Shown: positions 26,339 to 37,178, counted from the stretch's first letter. The stretch is DNA of 64,000 bases from Longimicrobiales bacterium (GCA_965248195.1 CBDFIQ010000002.1:3040001-3104000), one strand, 5' to 3'. Notes: generated by a model not told the origin, from the letters alone. Numbers and translations: made by a program.

Positions 26339-27133
26339 ATGTTCGATTTAGCGTCGCGCCCAAACCCCGCTATGAGGGTTCTCGCCGGTGTGTCCCTGCT
26401 CGCGTCGGCGGCGCTCGTTTCGGGAGCGCCCGGCACACAGCTGTTTGCCCAGACTCAAGCGGCTCCCCGAGTGACTGAGACCGTCTTCAAGCTGTCCGGC
26501 GGAGAGGAGATGCTGTACGGGATCTCACTCCCCGCTGGGTACGACAGCGAATCCAATGACCCGCGCCCCTTGATCCTCGCCCTGCACCCCGGCGGTCGAG
26601 CTCCGTATTACGGAAGCAACTTCATGCGGCAGATCGTCGAACCGGCGTTGCGCGGCTGGGGGGCGGTGATCATAGCACCCGACGTTCCAGCACGGAATTG
26701 GGCGAACGAGGACTCGGAACAGGCAGTCCTGGCCCTCCTGGACGACGTGCTCGAGAATCACACCATCGACCGCGCGCGAATCCTCGTCACGGGCTTCAGC
26801 ATGGGCGGTCGGGGCACGTGGTACATGGCAACTCGTCACGCCGACCTCTTCACCGGCGCCATCCCGGTTGCGGCGTCTCGAGGGGACGATTCGCTGGATG
26901 GCCTCGGGGCTATGCCGGTTTTCATCATTCATAGTCCGGACGACGAAGTCGTCCCATATGGGCCCGCCGAGGAAACCGCCGAGCTCCTCGCGGAGCGGGG
27001 TCATCCGGTGCAGATGACACGGCTCGCAGGGGCCAGTCATTACATGATGGGAGACTACGTCGCTCCCTTGCAGGCCGCGGGGGATTGGATGAAGGAGCGA
27101 TGGCAAGCCGGACAGGTCGAGGTCGGTAGGTAG
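26339..27133 (+). CDS. Exported alpha/beta hydrolase (esterase/peptidase-like)
   Basis: PLILALH, GFSMGG nucleophile elbow, HSPDDEVVP, C-terminal His; alternative start 26372. Confidence 0.85.
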   Translation: MFDLASRPNPAMRVLAGVSLLASAALVSGAPGTQLFAQTQAAPRVTETVFKLSGGEEMLYGISLPAGYDSESNDPRPLILALHPGGRAPYYGSNFMRQIVEPALRGWGAVIIAPDVPARNWANEDSEQAVLALLDDVLENHTIDRARILVTGFSMGGRGTWYMATRHADLFTGAIPVAASRGDDSLDGLGAMPVFIIHSPDDEVVPYGPAEETAELLAERGHPVQMTRLAGASHYMMGDYVAPLQAAGDWMKERWQAGQVEVGR

Positions 27134-27142
27134 GGGGGCCTC

Positions 27143-28750
27143 CTATCGGTCGAGCGGCCGGTAGTTGACGCCGAGCGCCTCGAGCCGGTCGAAGTGCCAA
27201 TCCAGGCGCTCGACGAAACCTGCGAAGTTTCTCCTTTCGCTGGGCGACCAGACGACCTCGGACAGCGCCAACATGCGGGGGAAGACCATGTACTCCACGT
27301 GGTCCTCGGTCGTCATGTATTCCGTCCAGACGTTCGCCTGGGCCCCGAGTACGTGCCTCGCCTCGGTGGGCGTGAGCTCCGAGGGGACGGGCTCGTAGGA
27401 GTAGACGGTGTCGAGCGGTAGGAAGCCGCCGATCGCGAGTGGCTCGCCCTCCTGGTCCTCCGTTTGGTAGTAGTCGAGATAGAGGTGGCTGTACGGAGTC
27501 ATGATGACGTCGTGTCCCTGCCTGGCCGCTTCGATTCCGCCCTCGGTTCCCCGCCACGACATGACCGTCGCATTCGGAGCCAAACCCCCGTCGAGGATCT
27601 CGTCCCACCCGATGAGTCGACGTCCGTTCGCGTTCAGGTAGCGTTCGATACGCTGGATGAACCAGCTCTGCACCTCGTTCTCGTCCGCGAGGCCCTCGCG
27701 CTCCTTGAGCTCTTGGACGAGCTCGCTCTCCTCCCAGCGGTCCTTCGGTGCCTCGTCCCCACCCACATGAATCAGCTCGCCCGGGAAAAGTTCAATGACC
27801 TCTGAGAGCACGTTCTGAAGGAACGCGAACGTCTCTTCCGAAGGGCAGTAGATGTCCTCGTGCACGCCCCACGTCATCCCGACCTCGAAGGGGCCCTCGG
27901 TACAGGCCAGCTCCGGGTAGGCGGCTAATGCGGCCAACGAGTGCCCGGGCATCTCGATCTCCGGGATGATCGTCACGTAGCGTGCTTGCGCGTACGCCAC
28001 GATGTCGCGGATCTCGTCTTTTGTGTAGAAGCCGCCGTACCGCTGGCCGTCGCCGTTGAAGTCGTCCCGCCCATGTCCGATGTGCGTCTGCGCTCGGTAC
28101 GCGCCCACTTGAGTGAGTAGCGGATAACGTTCGATCTGGACGCGCCAACCCTGATCCTCGGTCAGGTGCCAGTGGAAGCGATTGATCTTGTAGCGCGCGA
28201 GCATGTCGACGTAACGCTTTACGAAGTCCGGGCCGAAGAAGTGCCGAGCGACGTCGAGGTGCATACCGCGGTACGAGAAACGGGGCGCGTCGTCGATCCG
28301 GACGGAGGGAACCTCGAGCGGCGCCTGGACCATCCCGGCCCCGTCTTCCAACCCCGGGGGAAGGAGCTGCGACAGCGTTTGCAAGCCGTAGAAGAGGCCC
28401 GAGTGATCACCCGCAGCGATCGAGATGCCCGACTCGGACACGGTGAGTCGATAACTCTCCGGACCCCCGCTTCCGTCGACTCCGAGGCGCAGCGCACCGT
28501 CGGTGGAGAAGGGCAACGCGAGGCCCGTGCCGACCCGGACCGGACCGGCCCAGAGCTCCACGACCTCCCGAGCCTCGGTATCGCTCGGGTCGATCAGCCC
28601 TATCGCGCTCGTTGCATCGAGGACGAAGACACCTTCCCCTGTTTCAAAGCTCCGCGGTATCGGCACGATGCTGTGGGGCGGCCCGCGGCCGCACGCGGAC
28701 AGGGCGACCGCGCTGATCAACAAAAGGCCCAGAACGTTGCTGTGCCTCAC
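27143..28750 (-). CDS. GH20 beta-N-acetylhexosaminidase, lipoprotein
   Basis: YRGMHLDVARHF, FHWHLTEDQGWR, PEIEMPGH, HVGGDE, NVWTEY, FPRMLALSE; lipobox LSAC. Confidence 0.95.
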   Translation of the reverse strand: MRHSNVLGLLLISAVALSACGRGPPHSIVPIPRSFETGEGVFVLDATSAIGLIDPSDTEAREVVELWAGPVRVGTGLALPFSTDGALRLGVDGSGGPESYRLTVSESGISIAAGDHSGLFYGLQTLSQLLPPGLEDGAGMVQAPLEVPSVRIDDAPRFSYRGMHLDVARHFFGPDFVKRYVDMLARYKINRFHWHLTEDQGWRVQIERYPLLTQVGAYRAQTHIGHGRDDFNGDGQRYGGFYTKDEIRDIVAYAQARYVTIIPEIEMPGHSLAALAAYPELACTEGPFEVGMTWGVHEDIYCPSEETFAFLQNVLSEVIELFPGELIHVGGDEAPKDRWEESELVQELKEREGLADENEVQSWFIQRIERYLNANGRRLIGWDEILDGGLAPNATVMSWRGTEGGIEAARQGHDVIMTPYSHLYLDYYQTEDQEGEPLAIGGFLPLDTVYSYEPVPSELTPTEARHVLGAQANVWTEYMTTEDHVEYMVFPRMLALSEVVWSPSERRNFAGFVERLDWHFDRLEALGVNYRPLDR

Positions 28751-28792
28751 AGTGGCCTCGTAGGCATCGACACCGCTCGACGGGGCCTGGCG

Positions 28793-29527
28793 CTAGGTAC
28801 CCTGCGATGGTTTGCTACCAGGGGCGGCGGCCTGAGCGGCCCGAGCTCTAGACCCCTTTTCCCTGAATCCGATCCGGTGGTAGGGATTCACCACACTGGT
28901 CGCCACGTTCTTGAGGTGCGCGCTGACACGTTTCAGATACCGCAGGTAGAGTGCCACCGTGACCGCATGTCCGGACCGTCCCGACAACGCCTCACCCGAG
29001 CACAGGGCAGGCACCTGCTCGTCCACTTTGGCCGCGATGATGGTGTGGGACCCTATGATGCCCCTGGCCTTGGCCTCGTCGGATTCCTCGAGGGCGGGCA
29101 CGATATCGTCGAACATCCGAACCATGATCTGCTCGATCTCAGCCACCTCGCCGTGTAGCTCAAGCCCATCGAAGGGCCCCGGAACCGCACCCGCCAACTC
29201 CACGATGTTCTTCGTGTAGTCGCCGATGCGCTCGATGTCGATGACGATCGCGGTGAGCACCAGCCCCAGGTTGATGTCGGGCTTGGCCGACACGGACATG
29301 TGCGTGACGATCTTCCGACGAACCCTCCGCTCGTACTTGTTGAGCTGCTGATCGCGTTTGTAGATGTTGGTTTCCATCGCGCCTTCAGCGTGGAGCGCCT
29401 CGAGCGCGTGATCGAACATGTCGTGGGAGGCCCGAAGCATCAGGATAGCCTCGTCATACGCGTCCTGCAGCGGGCCCCCGGACCGGAAAAGCGTGACGAT
29501 TGACTTCCACATAGTTTGCTTCGCCAT
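28793..29527 (-). CDS. PhoU domain protein
   Basis: DQQLNKYERRVR, DIERIGDYTKNI, YLKRVSAHLKNV; directly downstream of Na/Pi cotransporter. Confidence 0.85.
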   Translation of the reverse strand: MAKQTMWKSIVTLFRSGGPLQDAYDEAILMLRASHDMFDHALEALHAEGAMETNIYKRDQQLNKYERRVRRKIVTHMSVSAKPDINLGLVLTAIVIDIERIGDYTKNIVELAGAVPGPFDGLELHGEVAEIEQIMVRMFDDIVPALEESDEAKARGIIGSHTIIAAKVDEQVPALCSGEALSGRSGHAVTVALYLRYLKRVSAHLKNVATSVVNPYHRIGFREKGSRARAAQAAAPGSKPSQGT

Positions 29528-29547
29528 AGCTTGCCAACCTTTCCTGC

Positions 29548-30687
29548 CTACAAAATGAGGTAGAGAATCGGGATGATGTGTAGTACCCCATACACGATGA
29601 TGATCGCCGCCGAACTGAGCTTCGTTCTGGCCGCAAGAGCACCGACCTTCTCCGCCATCCAGATGGGGAGCGCACGGAGAGGATAGAAAATAACCATACC
29701 CAGGATGTTGAAGCTCAGGTGAGCGAGAGCGACGACCACCGCAGCGGCGCTCGCCGTGGAGAACGATGCGAGCAAGGCGGTGACAGTCGTTCCGATGTTC
29801 GCTCCGAGCGTGTACGGGAAGATCTGCCTCAGCGACAGAACGCCGGTCCCCGCCAACGGCACGACCAGCGAGGTCGTTGCGGAGCTGCTCTGAACCGCCG
29901 CCGTGGTCACCGCCCCCAGAGCGAAGCTCGTCGCGTCGTTACGGAACAACACCCGGTCGAACAGGCTCGCCATGCGCTCGAGGAAGACGCCGCGCATGAG
30001 CTTCATGAGCTGGGTAAGCACGGTGATGAGCAGGACCAGCGCGATGCCGATCAGGGGTAGCTCGTACGGCACCAGACCGGTCACCAGGTCCGAGAGCGGC
30101 GTCACCACCGCCTTGAGCGGACTGGCCAGGCTCATGCCGCCGACTCCGGCGAAGACCTCCTGAAGGAACATCGCCATCCTCTCCACGGGGTGGAAGAGGA
30201 TCTCGATCGGCAGTATCGCCAGGGCGGCGAGGACGTTGAAGAAATCGTGCACTGTCGAGGCCGCAAAGGCCCGTTCAAACTCTGCCGGTCGCGTCACGTG
30301 GCCGATGGACACGATCGTGTTGGTGGTCGTCGTCCCGATGTTCGCACCCATGATTATGGGGATCGCGAGTTGGATCGTGAGCGCGTCCGACGCCACGAGT
30401 CCGACCACGATTGTCGTGGTGGTCGACGAGCTCTGGATCAGGCTCGTCGCGAGGAAGCCAATGATCACCCCCGCCACCGGATCGGAGGCCGTGTTCAGCA
30501 ACTGCTCCGCGAATCCACGGCCACCCATCCTGAAGGCGCTGCTCATCAGCTCGATGCTGAAGAAGAACAGGTACAGTAGGAGGATGAAGTAGACGACGTG
30601 CCACACCCCGAGGATCGGGTTGGCCTCGCCTTCGATTTTCGATAGGGTCGGGCTGGGCACTAAGCGTAGATCCTGGTGGAATGTCAC
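29548..30687 (-). CDS. nptA: Na+/phosphate cotransporter (NptA/SLC34 family)
   Basis: Two QSSS motifs, two GANIGTT repeats, HDFFN. Confidence 0.9.
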   Translation of the reverse strand: MTFHQDLRLVPSPTLSKIEGEANPILGVWHVVYFILLLYLFFFSIELMSSAFRMGGRGFAEQLLNTASDPVAGVIIGFLATSLIQSSSTTTTIVVGLVASDALTIQLAIPIIMGANIGTTTTNTIVSIGHVTRPAEFERAFAASTVHDFFNVLAALAILPIEILFHPVERMAMFLQEVFAGVGGMSLASPLKAVVTPLSDLVTGLVPYELPLIGIALVLLITVLTQLMKLMRGVFLERMASLFDRVLFRNDATSFALGAVTTAAVQSSSATTSLVVPLAGTGVLSLRQIFPYTLGANIGTTVTALLASFSTASAAAVVVALAHLSFNILGMVIFYPLRALPIWMAEKVGALAARTKLSSAAIIIVYGVLHIIPILYLIL

Positions 30688-30784
30688 CGATGAGCGACAG
30701 AGAAACTAAAGACTCCTCGCCCTTGGGGAAAACCCGAGCACCGGCCGGCCCACCCACTCGTCACCCCCAAAGTACGTGAGATCC

Positions 30785-30821
30785 TTGCAGCCCCGCATGC
30801 CGCATACCCATTTTGTCCGCC
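30785..30821 (+). promoter_or_regulatory. Promoter module copy 4 (TTGCAG-N18-CATTTT-N7-ATG)
   Basis: Same geometry, divergent spacer; ATG of arsC at 30822. Confidence 0.55.
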
Positions 30822-31262
30822 ATGCCCGGCACCGTCACTCGAAGTCCCACGCAGCGCATTCTGTTCCTATGTGTCGCGAATTCCGCCCGCAGCCAAATGG
30901 CCGAGGGCCTCGCCCGGCGAATTCTCAGCCAGCGGGCTGCGGTGTTGAGCGCCGGTTCGAATCCCACGCCCGTAAATCCTCACGCCGTCGAGGCCATGGC
31001 CGAGATCGGTATCGACATTACAGGCCAAGTTTCCAAGTCCGTGGACACGATCGATTTATCGGGGCTCGACCTGGTGGTGACGCTTTGCGCCGAGGAGGTT
31101 TGCCCGGTGCTGCCAGGGCAGGTTCGGCGGCTGCACTGGCCGATTCCCGACCCTGCTGCAGAGGACACCGGTGAGCCACAGGCACGTTTTCGCATTGCCC
31201 GCGACCTGATTCAAGAGAAAATCGATGCTTTGGCGGAGACGCTTGCAGTCCCCCACTCCTAG
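30822..31262 (+). CDS. arsC: Thioredoxin-type arsenate reductase (LMW-PTP fold)
   Basis: [38 protein letters not shown]. Confidence 0.88.
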   Translation: MPGTVTRSPTQRILFLCVANSARSQMAEGLARRILSQRAAVLSAGSNPTPVNPHAVEAMAEIGIDITGQVSKSVDTIDLSGLDLVVTLCAEEVCPVLPGQVRRLHWPIPDPAAEDTGEPQARFRIARDLIQEKIDALAETLAVPHS

Positions 31263-31280
31263 GCAGGAGGACCCGAGCCA

Positions 31281-32384
31281 ATGAAGCGCCATCTCCCTAT
31301 TTTCCTCGCCGCACTGTGCTTCCCCGGTCCCTCCTCGGCTCAAGTGTCGAATGAACGATTGCAGGAAACTGTGTTTGGGCGCATGCCAGATGGAACGGCC
31401 GTGGAACAGTTCGCCTTACGCAACCAAGATGGGATGACCGTGAAGATCATCTCATACGGCGCGATCGTGACGGAGATTCACGCGCCCGACCGAGACGGGA
31501 ACACGATCAATGTGGTCTACGGTTCCGACACGCTCGAACCGTATCTGGATGGATTTCCCGCCGCTGCGGTCATTGGCCGAGTCGCAAATCGAATCGCTAA
31601 CGCGCGATTCTCGATCGACGACGTCGAGTATCGCGTCACGGTCAACCACCGCGGCAGGCACCATATTCATGGTGGCGATAGAGGATTTGCGAAGGTGGTC
31701 TGGGCTGCCGAGGCGCTCCCGGTCACTGGGAACGAAGCCGGAGTCAGGTTGACGTATATGAGCGTCGATGGCGAAGACGGCTATCCCGGCAACGTGACCG
31801 CGACGGTGACCTATACGCTGACAGATGACAACGAGTTGCGACTCGACTACACGGCCAGCACCGACAGGCCGACCATCATCAACATGACCAACCACGCCTA
31901 CTTCGACTTGGGCGGAGACGGCGATCTGTCAACACACGAGCTGTGGTTGAACGCTGATCGTTATACGCGGGCCGATAGCGAGCTGATTCCGACGGGGGGG
32001 CTCTCGTCGGTGGCTAACACGCCGTTGGATTTCACTACCCCGGAATTCATCGGGGCGCGCCTCGATCAGATTCACGAACCCGTCGAGGGCTTCTACGACC
32101 ACAACTTCGTCTTCAACCGTGATGGCGATGGCGTAAATGTCGGTGGCGTGAACGACGAAGGCGCCGTTCTCGTGGCCCGCGTTCGTGAGCTCGGCAGTGG
32201 GCGTGTCATGGAAGTGCGAACGGATCAGCCCGCCGTGCAGCTCTACACGGGCAACCCCGTCGGTTTCTGCCTAGAAACCCAGAACTATCCCGACGCCATC
32301 AACCACGAAAGCTTTCCGTCGCCGATTCTGCGACCGGGCATGCCGTTTCGGAGCACGACTGTCTTCACCTTCTCGACTGAATAG
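31281..32384 (+). CDS. galM: Aldose 1-epimerase (mutarotase), with signal peptide
   Basis: GRVANRI, HIHGG, GYPG, NMTNHAYF, YDHNF, QLYTG, FCLETQ. Confidence 0.92.
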   Translation: MKRHLPIFLAALCFPGPSSAQVSNERLQETVFGRMPDGTAVEQFALRNQDGMTVKIISYGAIVTEIHAPDRDGNTINVVYGSDTLEPYLDGFPAAAVIGRVANRIANARFSIDDVEYRVTVNHRGRHHIHGGDRGFAKVVWAAEALPVTGNEAGVRLTYMSVDGEDGYPGNVTATVTYTLTDDNELRLDYTASTDRPTIINMTNHAYFDLGGDGDLSTHELWLNADRYTRADSELIPTGGLSSVANTPLDFTTPEFIGARLDQIHEPVEGFYDHNFVFNRDGDGVNVGGVNDEGAVLVARVRELGSGRVMEVRTDQPAVQLYTGNPVGFCLETQNYPDAINHESFPSPILRPGMPFRSTTVFTFSTE

Positions 32385-32407
32385 ACCCAGTCGAGGGTGG
32401 CGAATCC

Positions 32408-33787
32408 CTACCTGGCCTTGCGTCCCGGCTGGTTCGCCCCACCCTGGTGCAGGATCATGCCGGTCACCGCGCCGGAATCGTCCTTCGTGAACGAAATTTG
32501 GGCGTCGACAACCCTATAGAAAAATTTGATCTCAGACTCCGGAAAGATGGGGGCCTTCCCCTGTCCGGTGGCCTGCGCGAACAAGGCGCCGTCCTCCAGC
32601 GTCACGAAAATGGAGAACGTGGGCGCGAGCGCGTACTCCCCGACGTAGGTCTCCAGGATTTCCTGGGCGACCACGACCTGGTTTCGCTCAACCGGCGCGG
32701 GCGCGAGCGGCATCTCCGGGTTGATGAGGTGCAAGCCGATGTCGTCTGCGCCGTGCTCGGAATTGGTCAGGACGACAGCCCCAAGGCCCTTGTCCGGGTC
32801 GAACCCAATGAACGTTCGGAAACCGGCGGTGCCTCCGTTGTGCCAGACGATCTTCTCGTCGCCCACACTAATGACGTGCCAGTTGAGGCCGATGCTCATC
32901 TGCGCATTGATCTCCTCCCGCACTTCATGACTTGCTCGCATCGAGCGCTCGAGCCGCGACCCGGGCGGCCCGATGTTGGCGGCGAGGAAGGTCAGCATGT
33001 CCCCGACGTCGGACCGGAGCGCCCCTGCGCCCGCCAGCGTGGGCAGATCCCAGAGAGGTACGACACCACCCTGCTGGTTGTGGCCCTTCGCCATCCAGTC
33101 TCGCATGGCCCCCTCGAGGGTGATTCCCGTCATGCTCATCCCGAGCGGCTCGAGGACACGCTCACGCACGACTTCCTCGTAGCTGCCGCCTACGACCGTG
33201 GCGAGCACGTGGCCGAGCAGCCCCACTCCGAGGTTCGAGTATTCGTACTCCACGCCGATGTCGCGGCGCAGCTCGTGACCGGATAGGAAGGCATACATCT
33301 GTGCGACCGTGTAGTCGGCGTAAGGGTTCGACGCATCCGCGGGTGACATGTTGTCGGGAAGCCTCGGCAGCCCCGAATGCTGCGTGGAAAGGTCGAGCAA
33401 CGTGATCTCTCGACCCCTTCGGGACGGCATAGTGACCTCGTCCGGCAAGTAATCGGAGACGGGATCGGAGAGTGACACTTCGCCGCGGGCGACCATGTCG
33501 GCAAGCAGGGTCGCCGTAAACACCTTCGTGATCGAGCCGATCTCGAAGACCGACCTGGCGCCCAGGGGTCGCGCGTTCGGGCCAGCCTCCCCATACGAGA
33601 CGACGGGCGTCGAGCCATCGGCCTCCACGACGCCGATCACGATGCCGATCGCACGCTCTTCATCGACGCGAGTCCGGATCAGCTCGGTAAGATCCTCGTC
33701 GGATGCGAAGTGCTGGGCTCCGGCCGCGGTCGGACCCAGGAGCGGGAGCGCGAGCAGAAGGAGGGTGCTGCGGATTCGCACGTTCAT
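32408..33787 (-). CDS. Serine hydrolase (class C beta-lactamase-like) with C-terminal DUF3471-type domain
   Basis: FEIGSITK (SxxK), YEYSN, WHNGGTAG; YVGEY C-terminal domain. Confidence 0.92.
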   Translation of the reverse strand: MNVRIRSTLLLLALPLLGPTAAGAQHFASDEDLTELIRTRVDEERAIGIVIGVVEADGSTPVVSYGEAGPNARPLGARSVFEIGSITKVFTATLLADMVARGEVSLSDPVSDYLPDEVTMPSRRGREITLLDLSTQHSGLPRLPDNMSPADASNPYADYTVAQMYAFLSGHELRRDIGVEYEYSNLGVGLLGHVLATVVGGSYEEVVRERVLEPLGMSMTGITLEGAMRDWMAKGHNQQGGVVPLWDLPTLAGAGALRSDVGDMLTFLAANIGPPGSRLERSMRASHEVREEINAQMSIGLNWHVISVGDEKIVWHNGGTAGFRTFIGFDPDKGLGAVVLTNSEHGADDIGLHLINPEMPLAPAPVERNQVVVAQEILETYVGEYALAPTFSIFVTLEDGALFAQATGQGKAPIFPESEIKFFYRVVDAQISFTKDDSGAVTGMILHQGGANQPGRKAR

Positions 33788-33837
33788 GTTACGACTCCCG
33801 GAAGCAGGTCCGATCGGCGTGGTGTCAAACGTACACG

Positions 33838-34890
33838 TCACGCAGGCACGAACGCCAAGAACCGGCGCGGGTTGTCGCGCTGGATCGCCCCGAGCACATC
33901 CTCGTCGATCCCGGCTTCACGCAGCAGCGGCGCAAAGACCGTGATCGAGTTTCCGTAACCCGGACGGCTCTCAGACCGGCGGCCCGTAAAATCGGACGAG
34001 ATCAGCAGCTTGTCGGCGTGCCCGGCCTCCAGAAACGCCATGATCGTGACCACCTTCTGCGGGTCGTCGACCCGCCCTCCGGTCACCCGATCGAAGCCGA
34101 CGAACGCACCGCGCTCGGCGATCTCGATCAGCACGCTCGCCGAGGGGTCATCGAGACAGCATGCATGCCCGATCACGACATTCTCCGGGCTGACCCCCAC
34201 CGACTCGAGCACGTCGAGCTGCCTTAGGCCCGCGTCCGGTCTAACGTTTTCGCCGGTGCCGTAAGCGTTGTGTGTGAAGACCGGGAGGCCCGTGGCGAGG
34301 TGCGCCTTGCCTACGGCGCGAAACACCTTCCGCTCGTTGGGGGTCATTTCGGCGGCATCCGAGCTCTGGCCGATCTCGCCATAAGCACCCAGCCGAAAGC
34401 GGGCGGCGTCCGCTACCAGACCTTCGGCGATCTGATCCTCGCTGCTCGTCGCGACCTCGGGCCGATGGTACCGCTCCATGTAATATCCGGTGCACGCCAC
34501 GATGTGAACGTCAGTCTCGTTCGCGACTCGCATCACCGCGTCGAGATCCCGCCCCAGGTCCGGATGCCCACCATCGACGATACAGCCGACCCCTTCCGAG
34601 GCTGCGACCCGGATCTCACGGACAACGTTGTCGACGTCATCGGTCGCCGATGGCCGATCAGGCGACATACGAATCGACAAGTGCTCATGGAACAGGGTCA
34701 CGCCGTTGATGTCACCGGGGTCGATGTCGCCCAGCACCGTCCGGATAATTGCGTCCCGTGGGACTCCAGCCAATCCGGGATCTGCCTGGTCGAACCTGCA
34801 TCCGGCGACCATGCCGAGCCCGGCCGCACCACCCAGCAGCTGGACTACCTCACGACGGGTGAACCGAGCGGAGCGATCGTGTTGATCCAT
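33838..34890 (-). CDS. Phosphotriesterase-homology protein (Tat/lipoprotein signal)
   Basis: TRREVV signal; TLFHEHL, GEIG, PVFTH, VIGH, LISSD, NPRRFL. Confidence 0.9.
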   Translation of the reverse strand: MDQHDRSARFTRREVVQLLGGAAGLGMVAGCRFDQADPGLAGVPRDAIIRTVLGDIDPGDINGVTLFHEHLSIRMSPDRPSATDDVDNVVREIRVAASEGVGCIVDGGHPDLGRDLDAVMRVANETDVHIVACTGYYMERYHRPEVATSSEDQIAEGLVADAARFRLGAYGEIGQSSDAAEMTPNERKVFRAVGKAHLATGLPVFTHNAYGTGENVRPDAGLRQLDVLESVGVSPENVVIGHACCLDDPSASVLIEIAERGAFVGFDRVTGGRVDDPQKVVTIMAFLEAGHADKLLISSDFTGRRSESRPGYGNSITVFAPLLREAGIDEDVLGAIQRDNPRRFLAFVPA

Positions 34891-34973
34891 TTTGCACCTC
34901 TACACGTGTAGGTTCACCGGCTCCAGACCGCTGCCGAAATGGGACGGCTGCTACCTCGAGCTATTCCCCACCA

Positions 34974-36026
34974 TCAGGGCCGACTTCCCCCGGCCTGCCT
35001 CTCCTGATAGCGCGCACCCCGCAACACGTTCGTCATCGCGTAGTTGCCCTCGTGGCAGGCGTACTCGTAGATCTGCTCGTCGAACCTCCGCCAGGGAACC
35101 TGCCCGCCCCAGACCTCGGTGTAGGTCCTCGGGTCGTGAATCTCGAACTCGTAGAGGATGTTGTCTTCGTCGACTCGGGTGAAGCGCTCGATCACTCTCA
35201 GATCCTCGGAGTTCGGGATCTTGTCGGCTTGCTCATTGTAGCCCATGTCGGGGTGGATGTTGGTGGTCTCGACCACCAGGGTATTACCCTCCCAGTGGCC
35301 CCAAGAGTCGCCGAACCAGGGTCGAACGTGGCTCGGCAGACGATTCGGCTCGCCGAGACGAATGATCCGGACGTCGTGGATCATCTCGCCGTAGATCACG
35401 ACGTGGTCCGCCGTCTGAATGACGCGGAAGTTGTTGTTGTATCCCCCAGTGGGCGTCATCGGAGGCCCGAGGAGGCCGGTGGGGCTCAACCCGTAGTAGA
35501 CGACGCAACGCTCCGCCATCGGCCGAAGCTCCGGATGGTCGTACTGGCCGAATTGGTCCCGGAACCCGTGGTACTCGTCCTTCCGTTCCTGGCCCTCGGC
35601 GGTGAGCACGGGAATCCGGCCGTTGGCCGGATAGGTGATGAGCGAAGTCCGGGGCTCGCCGTTGACGACAGCCACTTGGTCGCCCTGCTCGAACCAGACG
35701 TTGTTGTAGCTCCCGACCCCCTGGCCCGTCGGTGGTGCGGGGCGGTCGGGGTCGCTGGGCAGGGCGCCCTGTATGACGCGGTCCACGAAGGCCTGCTCCA
35801 TCTCGGCGACCTCTTCAGGCGTGAAGAGCCGACCCTGGCCAGGCCGACGCTGGAAGGGCGTCATGGTCCCGTTGTTCCACTTTCCCTGGAGGTCCGGATG
35901 ACCATCGGACGTCCGGGGCGGCACCCACTGAGCCGCGGCCGGGGAGAAAAATCCTGCCGCCGCGATCACGAGGCACGGCCCCAAAAGGCATAGCCCCGGA
36001 AGCCAAGTCGTAGATCGTGTGCTCAT
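34974..36026 (-). CDS. Conserved exported hypothetical protein (tandem paralog A)
   Basis: PRTSDGHPDLQGKW, GDSWGHWEGNTLVVETTN, ERFTR, YEYACHEGNY. Confidence 0.85.
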   Translation of the reverse strand: MSTRSTTWLPGLCLLGPCLVIAAAGFFSPAAAQWVPPRTSDGHPDLQGKWNNGTMTPFQRRPGQGRLFTPEEVAEMEQAFVDRVIQGALPSDPDRPAPPTGQGVGSYNNVWFEQGDQVAVVNGEPRTSLITYPANGRIPVLTAEGQERKDEYHGFRDQFGQYDHPELRPMAERCVVYYGLSPTGLLGPPMTPTGGYNNNFRVIQTADHVVIYGEMIHDVRIIRLGEPNRLPSHVRPWFGDSWGHWEGNTLVVETTNIHPDMGYNEQADKIPNSEDLRVIERFTRVDEDNILYEFEIHDPRTYTEVWGGQVPWRRFDEQIYEYACHEGNYAMTNVLRGARYQERQAGGSRP

Positions 36027-36140
36027 CTCTCGTCCTCCTAGCGGTTGCGGCCCTTAGTTCTGCGGATTCCCGCGCCCGTTGCGACCCGTAGTTCAGGCTG
36101 CGCCCGACCTGCGCTTCAGCGGCCTCCATCGGCCTGTGCT

Positions 36141-37178
36141 TCAGCGGTTCCCCTCGGCCTGCCTCTCCTGGTAACGCGCGCCACTCAAGACGTTCGACAT
36201 CGAGTAGTTGCCCTCATGACAGGCGTACTCGTAAATCATCTGGTCGAACGCGTGCCAGGGGATCTGCCCGCCCCACACCTCGGTGTAGGTCCTCGGGTCT
36301 TGAACCTCGAACTCGTAGAGGATGTTGTCCTCGTCGATCCGCGTGAAGCGCTCGATCACCTTCAGATCCTCGGAATTCGGGATCTTGTCGCTCGACTCAT
36401 TGAAGCCCATGTCAGGGTGGATGTTGGTGGTCTCGACCACGAGGGTGTTACCCTCCCAACGACCCCACGAGTCGCCGAACCAGGGCCTTACGTGGGCCGG
36501 CAGTCGATTCGGCTCGCCGAGCCGGATGATCCGCGTGTCGTGGATCATCTCACCGTGAATCACGACGTAGTCCGCCGTCTGGATGACACGGATGTTTTGG
36601 TTGTATCCCCCGGAGGGTGTCATCGGAGGCCCGAGGGTGGCCGTGGGGCTCGAGGCGTAGTAAACGATGCACCGATCCGCCAGCGGCCGTAGCTCCGGAT
36701 GGTCGTATTCGCCGAACTGGTCTCGGAACCCGTGGTACTCGTCCTTCCGCTCCTGGCCCTCTGCCGTCAGCGCGGGTATCCGGCCACTCGACGGATAGGT
36801 GATGAGTGAGGTCCGGGGCTCGCCGTTGACGATGGCCACCCGCGCACCTTGCTCGAACCAGACTTGGTTGTAGCTACCGACCCCGCCAGTCACTTCCGGT
36901 GCAGGGCGGTTCGGGTCGCTCGGCAGGGAACCGCGCTCGACACGGTCCACAAATCCTTGTTCGCGCTCGGCGACCTCCTCCGGGGTATAGACCGGACCCT
37001 GGCCCGGGCGACGCTGGAACGGCGTCATCGTCGCGTTTCTCCACGTTCCCTGAAGGTCCGGATGGCCATCGGGCGTCCGGGGCATCACCCACTGTTGAGC
37101 CGCGGCGGGGGAGAAAAGCCCAGCCGCCGCGGTCGCGATGCAAAGCCCCATAAGCAAAGTCGAATATCGCATGCTCAT
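36141..37178 (-). CDS. Conserved exported hypothetical protein (tandem paralog B)
   Basis: Colinear with paralog A over its whole length, with long identical peptide stretches. Confidence 0.85.
   Translation of the reverse strand: MSMRYSTLLMGLCIATAAAGLFSPAAAQQWVMPRTPDGHPDLQGTWRNATMTPFQRRPGQGPVYTPEEVAEREQGFVDRVERGSLPSDPNRPAPEVTGGVGSYNQVWFEQGARVAIVNGEPRTSLITYPSSGRIPALTAEGQERKDEYHGFRDQFGEYDHPELRPLADRCIVYYASSPTATLGPPMTPSGGYNQNIRVIQTADYVVIHGEMIHDTRIIRLGEPNRLPAHVRPWFGDSWGRWEGNTLVVETTNIHPDMGFNESSDKIPNSEDLKVIERFTRIDEDNILYEFEVQDPRTYTEVWGGQIPWHAFDQMIYEYACHEGNYSMSNVLSGARYQERQAEGNR

Noticed and set aside
32408..33787. Antibiotic-resistance beta-lactamase call (also for the MBL at 43086)
   Set aside because: Motifs support only the broad serine-hydrolase and MBL folds, which are mostly non-resistance enzymes.
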